The position numbers were made by a program, and so were the translations under genes. The notes beneath the pieces were generated by a model, which had not been told where the DNA came from, did no database searches, and worked only from the letters and a program-made list of their open reading frames with translations. This document shows positions 46,922-58,181 of a stretch of 64,000 nucleotides of DNA, piece after piece. Position 1 is the stretch's first letter. The number at the start of each line of letters is the position of its first letter. Origin of the DNA: TPA_inf: Saccharomyces (taxonomy: Eukaryota); contig BK006948.2 in the NCBI GenBank assembly GCA_000146045.2, forward strand, positions 1,027,292-1,091,291, written 5' to 3'.

Positions 46922-48796
46922 ATGAGATTCCACCGTCAAGGTACCGCAGCCACCGTAGGCGTACTGCTCATTGTGCTGCTTGGTTTCTGTTGGAAATTAT
47001 CTGAATCTTATGGCATAGTGTCAACTGCCCTACCACACAAGCAACCTGCAACCAAAATCACAGACACACCTTCTATACGATGGGATAATTACCATGAGTT
47101 TGTCAGAGACATTGATTTTGATAACAGCACGGCTATCTTTAATTCCATTCGAGCTGCTTTAAGACAGTCTCCATCGGATATACATCCTGTCGGAGTATCT
47201 TATTTTCCCGCTGTAATTCCCAAAGGAACTTTAATGTACCATGCCGGATCAAAAGTGCCAACTACCTTCGAATGGCTGGCTATGGACCACGAATTCAGCT
47301 ACTCTTTCGGCTTGAGGTCACCATCCTATGGGAGAAAATCTTTGGAAAGAAGGCATGGGAGGTTCGGCAATGGCACCCATGGTGATCATCCAAAAGGGCC
47401 ACCACCACCACCACCACCAGACGAAAAAGATCGAGGTTCACAAAAAATGCTTACCTATAGAGCAGCACGGGACCTCAACAAATTTCTCTATCTTGATGGG
47501 GCTTCTGCTGCAAAAACTGACTCAGGAGAGATGGACACGCAGCTAATGTTGTCAAATGTTATTAAAGAGAAATTGAACCTTACAGATGATGGTGAAAACG
47601 AACGAATGGCCGAACGACTCTACGCTGCTAGAATATGCAAATGGGGGAAGCCATTCGGGCTTGACGGAATTATCAGGGTAGAGGTTGGCTTTGAGGTCGT
47701 TTTGTGTGATTTTTCGGCTGATAACGTCGAACTTGTTTCAATGTTAGAAATGGTCCAGCCTAACCAGTACCTAGGCTTACCAGCACCTACCGTTATATCG
47801 AAAGAGGAAGGTTGGCCTCTGGATGAAAATGGAAACCTAGTTGAAGATCAGCTAACAGATGACCAAAAGGCGATTCTGGAAAGAGAAGATGGTTGGGAGA
47901 AGACTTTTTCTAATTTCAACGCAGTTAAGAGCTTCAATCAGTTGAGAGCGGGTACAGCGCATGACAACGGGGAGCATCGAATCCATATCGACTATAGGTA
48001 CCTAGTGAGCGGGATAAACAGGACTTACATTGCTCCTGATCCTAACAACAGAAGATTACTCGATGAAGGAATGACATGGGAAAAGCAATTGGACATGGTA
48101 GATGACTTAGAAAAGGCTCTGGAAGTCGGATTTGATGCCACGCAAAGTATGGATTGGCAGTTAGCATTTGATGAGCTTGTCCTTAAATTTGCTCCATTAC
48201 TAAAATCTGTTAGTAACATACTGAACAGCAATGGTGATATTAATGAGTCAATTGCCATCAATGCAACAGCACTCACATTGAACTTTTGTTTAAGGTTTGA
48301 GCCTGCAAGCAACAACAGTGATGAATTCGGTAGCGGGAAAGACTTTGCTGTCTACCAATATGTGAGCCCATACCAGGCCTTAAAAACGGATGCAGACTTT
48401 TTGATTTGGTCATCTGCTGTCAGCGTGGTCGGAGAAATTGTTGATGCCATTTATAAAGTGAATGATTTATTGATACCCGAAGTCTACTCTTTTATGACAG
48501 ATAACACAACTTCCAGCGACTTAATAAAGAATGTCGAAACGGCTCGCTCCACTATCGATGGTTTAATTGAATCTCTAGGGTGGATTGAACTAAATTACCG
48601 TTGTGAGAGACAATGCAATTGGGATGAAGTTTGTTACACTCCTTCCTGGGGCCCATCTCCAATGGGTATGACTGAACCAGGTTCCCACAATGAGGGATTT
48701 GGAACCCACTTTGATGAATCTCGACAAAGGTTGGTTATTAACAGTAAACTACAGTGTATCAATATAAATGATTTGATGGTTAATCGTAATCATTAG
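46922..48796 (+). CDS. Uncharacterised protein with a predicted signal peptide (624 aa)
   Basis: Hydrophobic N-terminus (AATVGVLLIVLLGFCW), a poly-Pro stretch (GPPPPPPPD), and no recognisable catalytic motif. Position matches YOR389W. Confidence 0.72.
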   Translation: MRFHRQGTAATVGVLLIVLLGFCWKLSESYGIVSTALPHKQPATKITDTPSIRWDNYHEFVRDIDFDNSTAIFNSIRAALRQSPSDIHPVGVSYFPAVIPKGTLMYHAGSKVPTTFEWLAMDHEFSYSFGLRSPSYGRKSLERRHGRFGNGTHGDHPKGPPPPPPPDEKDRGSQKMLTYRAARDLNKFLYLDGASAAKTDSGEMDTQLMLSNVIKEKLNLTDDGENERMAERLYAARICKWGKPFGLDGIIRVEVGFEVVLCDFSADNVELVSMLEMVQPNQYLGLPAPTVISKEEGWPLDENGNLVEDQLTDDQKAILEREDGWEKTFSNFNAVKSFNQLRAGTAHDNGEHRIHIDYRYLVSGINRTYIAPDPNNRRLLDEGMTWEKQLDMVDDLEKALEVGFDATQSMDWQLAFDELVLKFAPLLKSVSNILNSNGDINESIAINATALTLNFCLRFEPASNNSDEFGSGKDFAVYQYVSPYQALKTDADFLIWSSAVSVVGEIVDAIYKVNDLLIPEVYSFMTDNTTSSDLIKNVETARSTIDGLIESLGWIELNYRCERQCNWDEVCYTPSWGPSPMGMTEPGSHNEGFGTHFDESRQRLVINSKLQCININDLMVNRNH

Positions 48797-49492
48797 CGCC
48801 TCCTGTGAGAAGGCCATTGTGGGACAGTATAAAGGGTATGATTTCTAGATAATCTAATAATGATTATGAAGTTTTTGAGATTTGGGGTGATACACATCTA
48901 TGAATTACTAAGAGATTTGAGACACAGCGACAGTCATGCCAGCAAGATTTAAGATTTTCTTTATTTAGTGTTTATATACATATCAGATATCTGTTGAGTA
49001 TTTTCTATTTTACCAAAAAAAAAAGATATGAAATCAAGATAAAACGTCGTATGAAAGACAAGGGAGCTCAGCAGCAATATCATAAAGTAAAGCAACAGCG
49101 CTTGGTTTATGTACAATGAACGATCTGAAAATTAGTTGGCAGCGGAGCTACGAATACATGTCAATATTACGTTACGATTGTATAACAGGGGAGGAGAATC
49201 GTGCACTTTGATGGGTATATCGAAAGATGGTGACTATGCTAGAGTCACTGTCAGTGAGGAGTTGCGATGTATGAAAGATTCACTGACATAAAGTGGCGCG
49301 ATTCATGTAGAAGTGTAAATCACTTTTGACGCAATGATGGAAGAGATACAGAAGAGATACGGAAAAAATAAAACAAAAAACAACTGAAATAAGTACTAAT
49401 GGATTATATTTATTGCCGCCATTATTATTTAGCCTCTGGTGGCTCAAGAATCTGCAGTTATTTAATTATTTAATCGAGCGTGTAATGCTCTG

Positions 49493-50620
49493 ATGATTTT
49501 CAATCCGGTCATATCAAATCACAAGTTGAGCCATTATATTCATGTTTTTTGTACATTCACCACGTTCTGCATATTAGGTACTGAAACACGTCAGGCTATA
49601 ACGGCGCTTTCCACCTACACTCCGGCCTTCGTTACTGCTCCGACCGTTCTCTGGTCTAATTGTTCATCCTGCATGCTAATGGGGATTATGCAATCTTTAA
49701 ATGCTTACACTTGGATGAAAGATCACCAAGTCTTGTTTTTAGGTGTAACTACTGGGTACTGTGGTGCCCTGTCTTCCTTTTCTAGTATGCTGCTAGAGAT
49801 GTTCGAACACTCTACAAACTTAACTAACGGTAATATCGCTAACCACACAAAACTGCCGAACAGAGCTTACGGTATAATGGAGTTTTTATCTGTCTTGCTC
49901 GTTCATCTTATGGTTTCCATGGGTAGTCTTATTTTCGGTAGGCAACTTGGTAAGGAGGTTATTGTTGCTTATGGATCTAGTTCGTTTTCGAAGCCATATA
50001 CCCCTCCCTCAGACACTGTAAAGGAAAATGCTGGTGATGTTGATACACAAGAAATGGAAAAAAATATTCTAGAGTTTAAATTCAAAACTCCAGCACCATT
50101 TTTTAAGAAATTTTTTGATATTGTGGATAAACTCGCGTATGCACTAGCTTTTCCATTAATTATTTTGTTTGTGGTGCTGTGTGCGTATTATGAGAACTAT
50201 TCGAGGGGCAAGTGGACACTACCATGTCTATTTGGAATTTTCGCTGGTTTCCTAAGATATTGGTTGGCAGAAATGTTTAATAAAACAAACAAAAAGTTTC
50301 CATTGGGTACTTTCTTGGCAAACGTTTTCGCCACTTTATTGATTGGCATATTTACCATGGTGCAACGTGGTAAAAAACACTTTTCTACGGACGTTCCAAT
50401 TGTGAACTCGTTGAATTCATGTCATATTGTTTCTGCGTTAATATCCGGATTTTGCGGCACTTTGAGTACCATTAGCACGTTTATCAATGAAGGGTATAAG
50501 CTATCATTTATTAACATGCTTATTTATTATACTGTTTCGATTGCAATTTCATATTGCTTATTGGTGATAACTCTCGGATCCTATGCTTGGACTAGAGGAT
50601 TGACCAACCCGATTTGTTAG
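49493..50620 (+). CDS. FEX1: Fluoride export channel, eukaryotic two-domain CrcB/Fluc homolog (375 aa)
   Basis: Two hydrophobic CrcB-like halves. Size and position match YOR390W. Confidence 0.82.
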   Translation: MIFNPVISNHKLSHYIHVFCTFTTFCILGTETRQAITALSTYTPAFVTAPTVLWSNCSSCMLMGIMQSLNAYTWMKDHQVLFLGVTTGYCGALSSFSSMLLEMFEHSTNLTNGNIANHTKLPNRAYGIMEFLSVLLVHLMVSMGSLIFGRQLGKEVIVAYGSSSFSKPYTPPSDTVKENAGDVDTQEMEKNILEFKFKTPAPFFKKFFDIVDKLAYALAFPLIILFVVLCAYYENYSRGKWTLPCLFGIFAGFLRYWLAEMFNKTNKKFPLGTFLANVFATLLIGIFTMVQRGKKHFSTDVPIVNSLNSCHIVSALISGFCGTLSTISTFINEGYKLSFINMLIYYTVSIAISYCLLVITLGSYAWTRGLTNPIC

Positions 50621-51253
50621 GATCTTTTCTTTATACTTTTCCCTGCATAATCATCCCACTTTTTTTTTTTTTTTTTTTAATTCATTTTCAAGATTTTAGA
50701 CGTTGTATAATACATTTTTACCCACTACTGCGGTTTATTGTAATATTTTGTGAGATTTTATGAATGCGTTCCATCATCTATTTACTACAAAACGATAAAT
50801 TTCCCCGTTTTCTTTTACTTTTACTTCATTTAATATAATTCATATTTATTTCCCATGTACCAATTAATTACTCATAAAAAGAACAGAAATAGAAAAAAGT
50901 TGTATATAACAAGCCAAAAAAAAGAAAAAAAAAGGAAAAAAAAGAAAACACAGCTTATTTCAAATTGCAATCTGCGTATTTCGTAAGTAACGAATGATCT
51001 CACAGCATTGCTTTTTTTTTTTTTTATATATATATGTACATTACCTATGTCACATATGACCATGATGAATACAACACTAAAAACCAAGGCCTACTATTCA
51101 ATTGTTCTCTATATGATTTCCATTCTAGCAAAATCGAGTGCTACCGACCTGCCGTTTTCTTTACCTTTCGAACCATTGAGCTGTTAGCCTTCTCTTCACA
51201 GAAACTGAAAGTCATTAAAAGCCTCCCCTTCAACAATTCCCTTGTCTTTTGTT

Positions 51254-51967
51254 TCAGCTATATAATGCGTTTATAGCTCTAATTGTGGTCGAATAGGAAG
51301 AATTTGCGTTAACACCCGTAACTAGCTTTCCATCTGTAATAGAGTAGTCATCCCAGGGATGGATTGGCGCCAAGTACTTGGCTCCATTCTTGTTTGCAAC
51401 GCGTTCAACCGTTGTCAATTTTCTGCTCCTCAAGATGTCGTCAACTCCCAGGGCGATTTCACCCTCGAGTGGGAAACCTGTTATAGCTTTGCCTTCGATT
51501 AATGGTCTTGTTGTTTTGATATCTATTAATCCATCGAAAAGGAGCGGTCCATGACAGATGGCAGCGATCACACCCCCATTGGCATATATCTTGGATGCAA
51601 TATCTTGCAGATTTTTAGCTTTGGGATAGTCAAATAGAGCACCATGTCCAGCAGATGCAAAGAATACTTTATAGTCGCTGGCGTTGACTTCATTTGCGGT
51701 CTTGATCCTCGCTAACGCCTTATTGAAGGCGGAATTTTTCGTTTCAAAGTTCATCTTATCTTCGCCACCAATAAAGCTCTTTGGCAAGTAATGTTCATCC
51801 CAGCCAAATCCACCAGTCTCAGAAACGAAGTCCACTTCGAAACCATGCTTTTCGAATGTATCGAACGATCGCAAAATCTCAACTACAAAAACGCCTGTTT
51901 TCGCACCATCTTTGTAGAAGGGACCGTGGTATGAAGTAAGAGATATTAGCGCTCTTTTTGGAGTCAT
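51254..51967 (-). CDS. HSP33: DJ-1/ThiJ/PfpI family protein, HSP31-like glutathione-independent glyoxalase (237 aa)
   Basis: Catalytic Cys context AAICHGP and DJ-1/PfpI fold motifs. The HSP33 name rests on chromosomal context; near-identical paralogs exist on other chromosomes. Confidence 0.78.
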
Positions 51968-52984
51968 TGCAAGGCCAGTTTTCTTTTTGAATGAAGGAGA
52001 AAAGTGTTCTAGAAATATGTTTTAGTTCTAAGTATCGTTGTCTGGAGCAAGCAAAGAAAAGCAGACCTGTATGTGCAACTTTCCTGTTTTCCATTAAAAT
52101 CTCAAGAACCGACCCCTTGACTGTGCTCATATATCAAGTATCGGTTTTAAAGTCCCCTAATTGTGATAATTGCAAGAACGACAGTCAGAAAGATATTTTT
52201 TTTTTTCTTTCTCTTTACCTATCCTCCATAAAAATACCTATGCTGATACTGAATATCTTCATTTGCAGCTATGCAATATTTCAGATACCCCATTTTACCC
52301 AAGAGTTTCTTACTGGTGGTTGGATTTTCTTTAAGACGAGAAGATTACCAGTCCTGGATGTTCGTGAATGTGCCTATTGCGTCATCAGCGACTCCGCGCC
52401 AAGAAAAGAAATACTCGCATGCTCGGATTTATAGAATCGCATAATGGAAATACCTTCCTTAAAGGATGGAGATAAGGAAAAAATGACAAGAACAAGGAAG
52501 TACTTGGGAGCTTTCTCCGACATGGTAAATATTTGAAACTCACGCAGCTCTCCTGGAAAGTTGGATCTGGAAAGGTAAGGTTGTTTTTTTTACAGACATC
52601 AACCAAAATCGGTTCTTGTAGTAGACAATGTCACAGATCGCCACAAGTTGAAAAAAAAGTTTCGATGAACTGGATAAGGGGAGAGGTCACAAACAAAGTG
52701 TAGGGGGTGAGTAGTATAGTGGTAACTTGTTCATTTACCTAAATAACATTCTCACTAGAAAAGAGATATTGAAAGACTCCTCGTTTACCTAACTTGGCTG
52801 GTTCTTAGGTATATAATAGAAACATGGATCTGGCAGGTTATCACTTACAGTTTGCACTCCCACCAGGTTACAATTTTCATTATATATAGTTATTTTTTAC
52901 CACCACTTCTTCTTCTTTCACTTTGTCTTGCAATAGAAATACCAAAACAAGGTGAGGAAAAAATCGAATCTCAACGATAAAAAT

Positions 52985-54298
52985 ATGTCCATCACGAAGG
53001 TACATGCTAGAACGGTGTATGATTCTCGCGGCAATCCGACTGTTGAGGTTGAAATTACAACAGAGAATGGTCTCTTCAGAGCGATCGTCCCATCTGGTGC
53101 CTCCACCGGCATTCACGAAGCTGTTGAACTTAGAGACGGGAACAAGTCCGAATGGATGGGAAAAGGGGTGACCAAGGCAGTCAGTAACGTCAATAGTATC
53201 ATAGGGCCTGCTTTAATCAAGTCCGAATTATGTGTAACCAATCAGAAGGGCATAGACGAGCTCATGATATCGTTAGACGGAACTTCTAACAAGTCAAGGT
53301 TGGGCGCCAATGCTATCCTTGGTGTTTCCTTGTGCGTTGCTCGAGCTGCTGCCGCACAAAAGGGAATTACTCTCTACAAGTATATAGCCGAGTTAGCGGA
53401 TGCTAGACAGGACCCCTTTGTTATTCCTGTTCCTTTTTTCAATGTTTTGAATGGTGGAGCCCACGCCGGTGGCTCTTTAGCTATGCAAGAATTCAAGATC
53501 GCGCCAGTCGGGGCTCAGAGCTTTGCAGAAGCCATGAGGATGGGTTCGGAAGTTTACCATCATTTGAAGATATTGGCGAAGGAGCAATATGGACCTTCCG
53601 CTGGAAATGTTGGTGACGAGGGTGGAGTTGCCCCCGATATTGACACTGCCGAAGACGCCTTGGACATGATTGTGGAAGCCATTAACATATGCGGTTACGA
53701 GGGTAGAGTGAAAGTAGGAATCGATAGTGCTCCTTCTGTTTTTTATAAGGACGGGAAATACGACCTAAATTTCAAGGAACCGAACTCTGACCCATCTCAC
53801 TGGCTCAGTCCAGCCCAGTTAGCAGAATATTACCATTCATTGCTAAAGAAATACCCAATCATTTCCCTGGAAGATCCCTACGCCGAAGATGATTGGTCCT
53901 CGTGGTCTGCCTTCCTAAAGACTGTCAATGTTCAGATTATTGCAGATGACCTGACATGCACCAACAAGACCAGGATCGCCCGTGCTATAGAGGAGAAATG
54001 TGCGAATACTCTGTTGCTGAAACTCAACCAGATCGGTACTCTGACTGAGTCTATTGAAGCCGCCAATCAGGCTTTCGATGCTGGATGGGGTGTAATGATA
54101 TCGCATAGATCAGGTGAAACCGAAGATCCGTTTATCGCTGATTTGGTCGTTGGTTTAAGATGTGGTCAAATTAAATCGGGCGCTTTGTCGAGATCAGAAA
54201 GACTGGCCAAGTATAATGAACTTTTGCGTATCGAAGAGGAACTGGGGGACGATTGTATATATGCTGGTCATAGGTTTCATGATGGAAACAAACTATAA
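52985..54298 (+). CDS. ERR1: Enolase-related subtelomeric repeat protein, phosphopyruvate hydratase family (437 aa)
   Basis: Enolase signatures (SIEDPF-like [10 protein letters not shown], and [14 protein letters not shown] matching the enolase active-site region). The tracked ORF begins 11 codons upstream ([11 protein letters not shown]). The conserved enolase N-terminus MSITKVHAR starts at 52985. Confidence 0.82.
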   Translation: MSITKVHARTVYDSRGNPTVEVEITTENGLFRAIVPSGASTGIHEAVELRDGNKSEWMGKGVTKAVSNVNSIIGPALIKSELCVTNQKGIDELMISLDGTSNKSRLGANAILGVSLCVARAAAAQKGITLYKYIAELADARQDPFVIPVPFFNVLNGGAHAGGSLAMQEFKIAPVGAQSFAEAMRMGSEVYHHLKILAKEQYGPSAGNVGDEGGVAPDIDTAEDALDMIVEAINICGYEGRVKVGIDSAPSVFYKDGKYDLNFKEPNSDPSHWLSPAQLAEYYHSLLKKYPIISLEDPYAEDDWSSWSAFLKTVNVQIIADDLTCTNKTRIARAIEEKCANTLLLKLNQIGTLTESIEAANQAFDAGWGVMISHRSGETEDPFIADLVVGLRCGQIKSGALSRSERLAKYNELLRIEEELGDDCIYAGHRFHDGNKL

Positions 54299-55446
54299 AG
54301 GATTGTCTTGTTTCCTTTTTTTTTTTTTTTTTTTTGTTTTTTTATGACTAAATAAAGTAAATCATATGAGGTTTTATTTTTTATTTCGTTGATTTGGGTT
54401 ACAGTATGGAAATGGGGCATTTGACACAAGTTATTTTATTCATATGTTTTATCTTGTAGGAAATCAAACCGTTTTTAAAGTTTTCCATTGCCTACACACA
54501 AAATCATTACGAATCTGTCTGAACAAGGGTGGACGTGTGGGGGAAGGCTGTTCCAATCAAGAAATGCTTACAACTCTACTAACACTGCAGTTTTTCAGCT
54601 TTCTGATTAATCTCTTCGGTTTAAATTTTTTAGCAGCTATTACTTTCTAGTAACCCTTATAACGCGGTTGGTATCAAATCTTCCTGATAGTACAAGCAGA
54701 CCTTTGACCCCATTCTTGTTGTGTCTTGAAATCTTTTTTTCTGACAAAAGTAAGAAGTTACACCATAATAGAGAAGTTAAATAATGAAAGTGTATCGATC
54801 ATAGAAATGATTTTATTTTTTTCAACTACTGTTACGGTCAAGAAACTAATACTGAGGATAAGTTTTCGCAACAATGATTTTGGTACAAGTGATTTAAAGT
54901 CTTGAATTACTTCAACACAATTTGCTTTGCGACGGTTTAGAATAACGTAATCGTATCAACGAATCCACTAGGCGCGCGTAAAAATTACAGACTCTAACAA
55001 TATACGACTCCCAGCACATACCTACTATTCTGTACAATTCCGGGAAATAGGAGGGTACAGTATTATTTTTTCTCGGCGATCGTTTAGGGTATACTGGAGA
55101 TAGGCTTAGCAATACGCTTCTGAACGAGGATCTATAGCAACTAAATTCAGACATTCTGCTATACCAAAAAAGGAAGTATCACAGGCACGGAAAAGGGTTT
55201 TATAAGGCACCTCGGCACCCCTATAACTGGCATTCTCACATTCGGCGCATACGAATAGACAAAGGCCCCAGAAAACAATACCTTCGCATACAGAATCTAT
55301 AAAGATGCATGCCTCGTTTAAAAACAAAAACATCTTCATAGTGATCATGAAGTTGTGGGAAAGATGAGATATGGAGAATATGTGAAGTGCTAAAGGAGCA
55401 TCTGTTAACGAATCGTTTAAGTGGTGATGACCAATGAAGGAATAGG

Positions 55447-55454
55447 TATAAATA
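55447..55454 (+). promoter_or_regulatory. TATA box TATAAATA ~93 bp upstream of the conserved PAU21 start codon
   Basis: Exact TATAAATA. Typical yeast TATA-to-ATG spacing. Confidence 0.5.
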
Positions 55455-55546
55455 GAGATACTTCAACTATATGCCTTCGAGAATATGTCTTTATTCATTT
55501 CTTTCCTGTTAAGCTTATATCAGCACTAACAAACAAAACAAATACA

Positions 55547-55921
55547 ATGGTCAAATTAACTTCAATCGCTGCTGGTGTTGCCGCTATCGCTGCCGGTGTT
55601 GCCGCTGCTCCAGCCACTACCACTCTATCTCCATCTGACGAAAGAGTCAACTTGGTCGAATTGGGTGTTTACGTCTCCGATATCAGAGCTCATTTGGCTC
55701 AATACTACTTGTTTCAAGCAGCTCATCCAACAGAGACCTACCCAGTTGAGATTGCTGAAGCTGTTTTCAACTATGGTGACTTCACCACCATGTTGACTGG
55801 TATTCCAGCTGAACAAGTCACCAGAGTCATCACTGGTGTCCCATGGTACTCTACCAGATTGAGACCGGCTATCTCCAGTGCTCTATCTAAGGACGGTATC
55901 TACACTGCTATTCCAAAATAG
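55547..55921 (+). CDS. PAU21: Seripauperin (PAU/TIR family), 124 aa core
   Basis: The conserved PAU N-terminus [20 protein letters not shown] begins at 55547. A longer in-frame ORF from 55421 (or 55427) contains the likely TATA box, so it is treated as 5' leader and not coding. Confidence 0.75.
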   Translation: MVKLTSIAAGVAAIAAGVAAAPATTTLSPSDERVNLVELGVYVSDIRAHLAQYYLFQAAHPTETYPVEIAEAVFNYGDFTTMLTGIPAEQVTRVITGVPWYSTRLRPAISSALSKDGIYTAIPK

Positions 55922-56639
55922 AGAGAAGCTTTTACGAACGAAATTCCATAGACATTAAAAAGTAAAGAAAATGAAATAAAATATGTTATTCTATTGATAT
56001 AAATACAATTTCTCATATGTAAATGTATATTAATATGACAACTCATTTTTGATCAATAACAGTGTTTGTGGAGTATTTTCTCAATACAATAAACCCAAAA
56101 TAGAAACTTCTCTTTTGCGTCACTGTTCTGGAAAAGGGTGCATGGTAATAAAGCTAATAGGGTATGTCCAATAAGCAATACTGAACTTGGAAATGTGCGG
56201 CTTCGCAGCCTTTTGTCTTTCTATAAAAATGTGTCGTTCCTTTTTTTCATTTTTTGGCGCGTCGCCTCGGGGTCGTTTATAGAATATGCGTCACTTTTAA
56301 AAATAAGATTGCAGATCAGGGCAAAACAAGTAGCAAGTCATAGCAAGAGACCCTGATTTTTGTGACATAAATATTATTATTTCTTTGTTAGGTTAGTTTT
56401 TTATGTAACTGTAACTGGAATAGAGTTGAGGGGATAGCGCCCACATGTGTGTGAGCCACTACCGTATTATTGCTCGGTGAATAAAGAGTGTCACAACAAT
56501 GGGATGACATAATATTCTAATGTGAAGTCTGTGTAAGTACGAAATATTCTGAAGTGGCATCCGTTCAAGCAAATGGGAATATTAAGGAACTTTTACGTTA
56601 ATGACGTCATGGTAGTGCTCGTACTTCAAGTCAATATGT

Positions 56640-57110
56640 TTATGTATTATTGTTGAAGAATGGAATATTTTTATGTTTAGGTGATTTTGATGGTGATTTT
56701 TTGGTTATATTAACATAAGTGTATATAAATTAAGTGGTTAGTATACGGTGTAAAAGTGGTATAACGTATGTATTAAGAGCAGTTATACAATATTTGGGGC
56801 CGCCGAATGAGATATAGATATTAAAATGTGGATAATCGTGGGAGTTATGCGTAAATGGCACAGGGTATAGACCGCTGAGGCAAGTGCCGTTAATAATGAT
56901 GTGAGTGCATTTAGTACTGATGAAGTGAGAGATGGGCCATGGAGTGGAATGTGAGAGTAGGGTAACTTGAGATGATATATACTGTAGCATCCGTGTGCCT
57001 ATGCCATATCAGTATACAAGTGAGGGTGGATACGGCATGTGGTGGTAGGGTAAGTATATGTGTATTATTTACGATCATTTGTTAACGTTTCAACATGGTG
57101 GGTAGAACAA
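56640..57110. repeat. Subtelomeric core X element (approximate boundaries)
   Basis: The sequence has the character of core X as remembered from other S. cerevisiae chromosome ends. It contains an ARS consensus match and lies between a PAU gene and TAGGGTAA-rich repeats. Boundaries are +/-50 bp. Confidence 0.6.
56669..56679 (+). promoter_or_regulatory. ARS consensus sequence (ACS) match TTTTATGTTTA inside core X
   Basis: Exact match to WTTTAYRTTTW. Core X elements characteristically contain an ACS. Confidence 0.55.
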
Positions 57111-57350
57111 CAGTATGGTGAGTAGCGGATGATGGATGGTAGGGTAATAGTAGGGTAAGTGGTGGTGGAGTTGGATATGGGTAATTGGAGGGTAACGGTT
57201 ATGATGGGCGGTGGATGGTAGTAGTAAGTAGAGAGATGGATGGTGGTTGGGAGTGGTATGGTTGAGTGAGACAGGGTAACGAGTGGAGAGGTAGGGTAAT
57301 GGAGGGTAAGTTGAGAGACAGGTTCATCATATATATGTCACTGTATTGCA
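57110..57350. repeat. X-element combinatorial repeats (subtelomeric repeats, STR) with repeated GGTAGGGTAA / GAGGGTAA motifs
   Basis: Multiple TAGGGTAA-type units (Tbf1-site-like ACCCTA on the other strand) in a G/T-skewed ~240 bp stretch. Confidence 0.55.
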
Positions 57351-58181
57351 TGCTGGATGGTGTTAGACAAGGCCGTAGGGACATATAGCATCTAGGAAGT
57401 AACCTTGTACGAAAATAGGCAATATTTCCTGTTTAGGCGATTGTGACGCAGATTTTAGTCCAACGATCTAGCGTCAAGGAATTTTTTTATAGTGGGACAT
57501 TGCACCAAGGAAGTAACTTGATACGTCGTGGGTGAATGGGTCTGTTTTCTTATTCGGCGGGGTAATACATTTTTGGGGGAAGTTTGTCTGTCTGACGCGC
57601 CATATGTAGGTACGCCAAAAAGGGCTCCTCTACTTCGAAGCGCGAGGTCGTATACCTAATAAGGAAATGTAATTTATAACTTTCTATTATATTGGTCTTT
57701 TCGAGAGCGGAAGAAGTTGTAGGCTAAGCGCAGGCTAAGCGTAGGTCCATATTTAAAGTATCCAAGAGAATATCCACGAAGCGGCTGAGCAACGAACAGA
57801 ATCCTGGTTCTCCTCGACTAAGCAGATAGTTAAGATACTGTGCACCATGGAAATTGAAAACGAAAGTACGTACCGACTACTTTATTTTTGCAGGCCGGAA
57901 ATCAAGCGATGAATGAGACATCCTTCTGTTTTCTATGTTGGGACAGACAGTCGCTTATCTTAGTGAGATTTCTTATTAACTGAATTTTCTTTGCTGCTGC
58001 TGGAGATTTGCACCTGCATAGCGCAGATTCTGCTTCTTCTCAATAGAGTAGCTTAATTATTACATTCTTAGATGATGATAAGACGGAAACTGGACAATCT
58101 TTTGTTTATATTGATGGATTTCTTGTCAAAAAGCATAACAATCAACATACTATTGTTAATTTCGAAACTTACAAAAATAAA

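Noticed and set aside
47328-47546. 72-aa + ORF containing HHHHHH
   Set aside because: Frame-shifted reading of the (cca)n Pro codons of YOR389W. Not an independent His-tagged or metal-binding peptide.
51991-52434. 147-aa + ORF between HSP33 and ERR1 (YOR392W-like)
   Set aside because: Low-complexity, no homology features. Overlaps the HSP33 promoter. Considered dubious.
52952-52984. 11-codon N-terminal extension of ERR1 ORF
   Set aside because: Enolase family alignment starts at MSITKVHAR. The extension is Lys/Asn-rich leader-like sequence.
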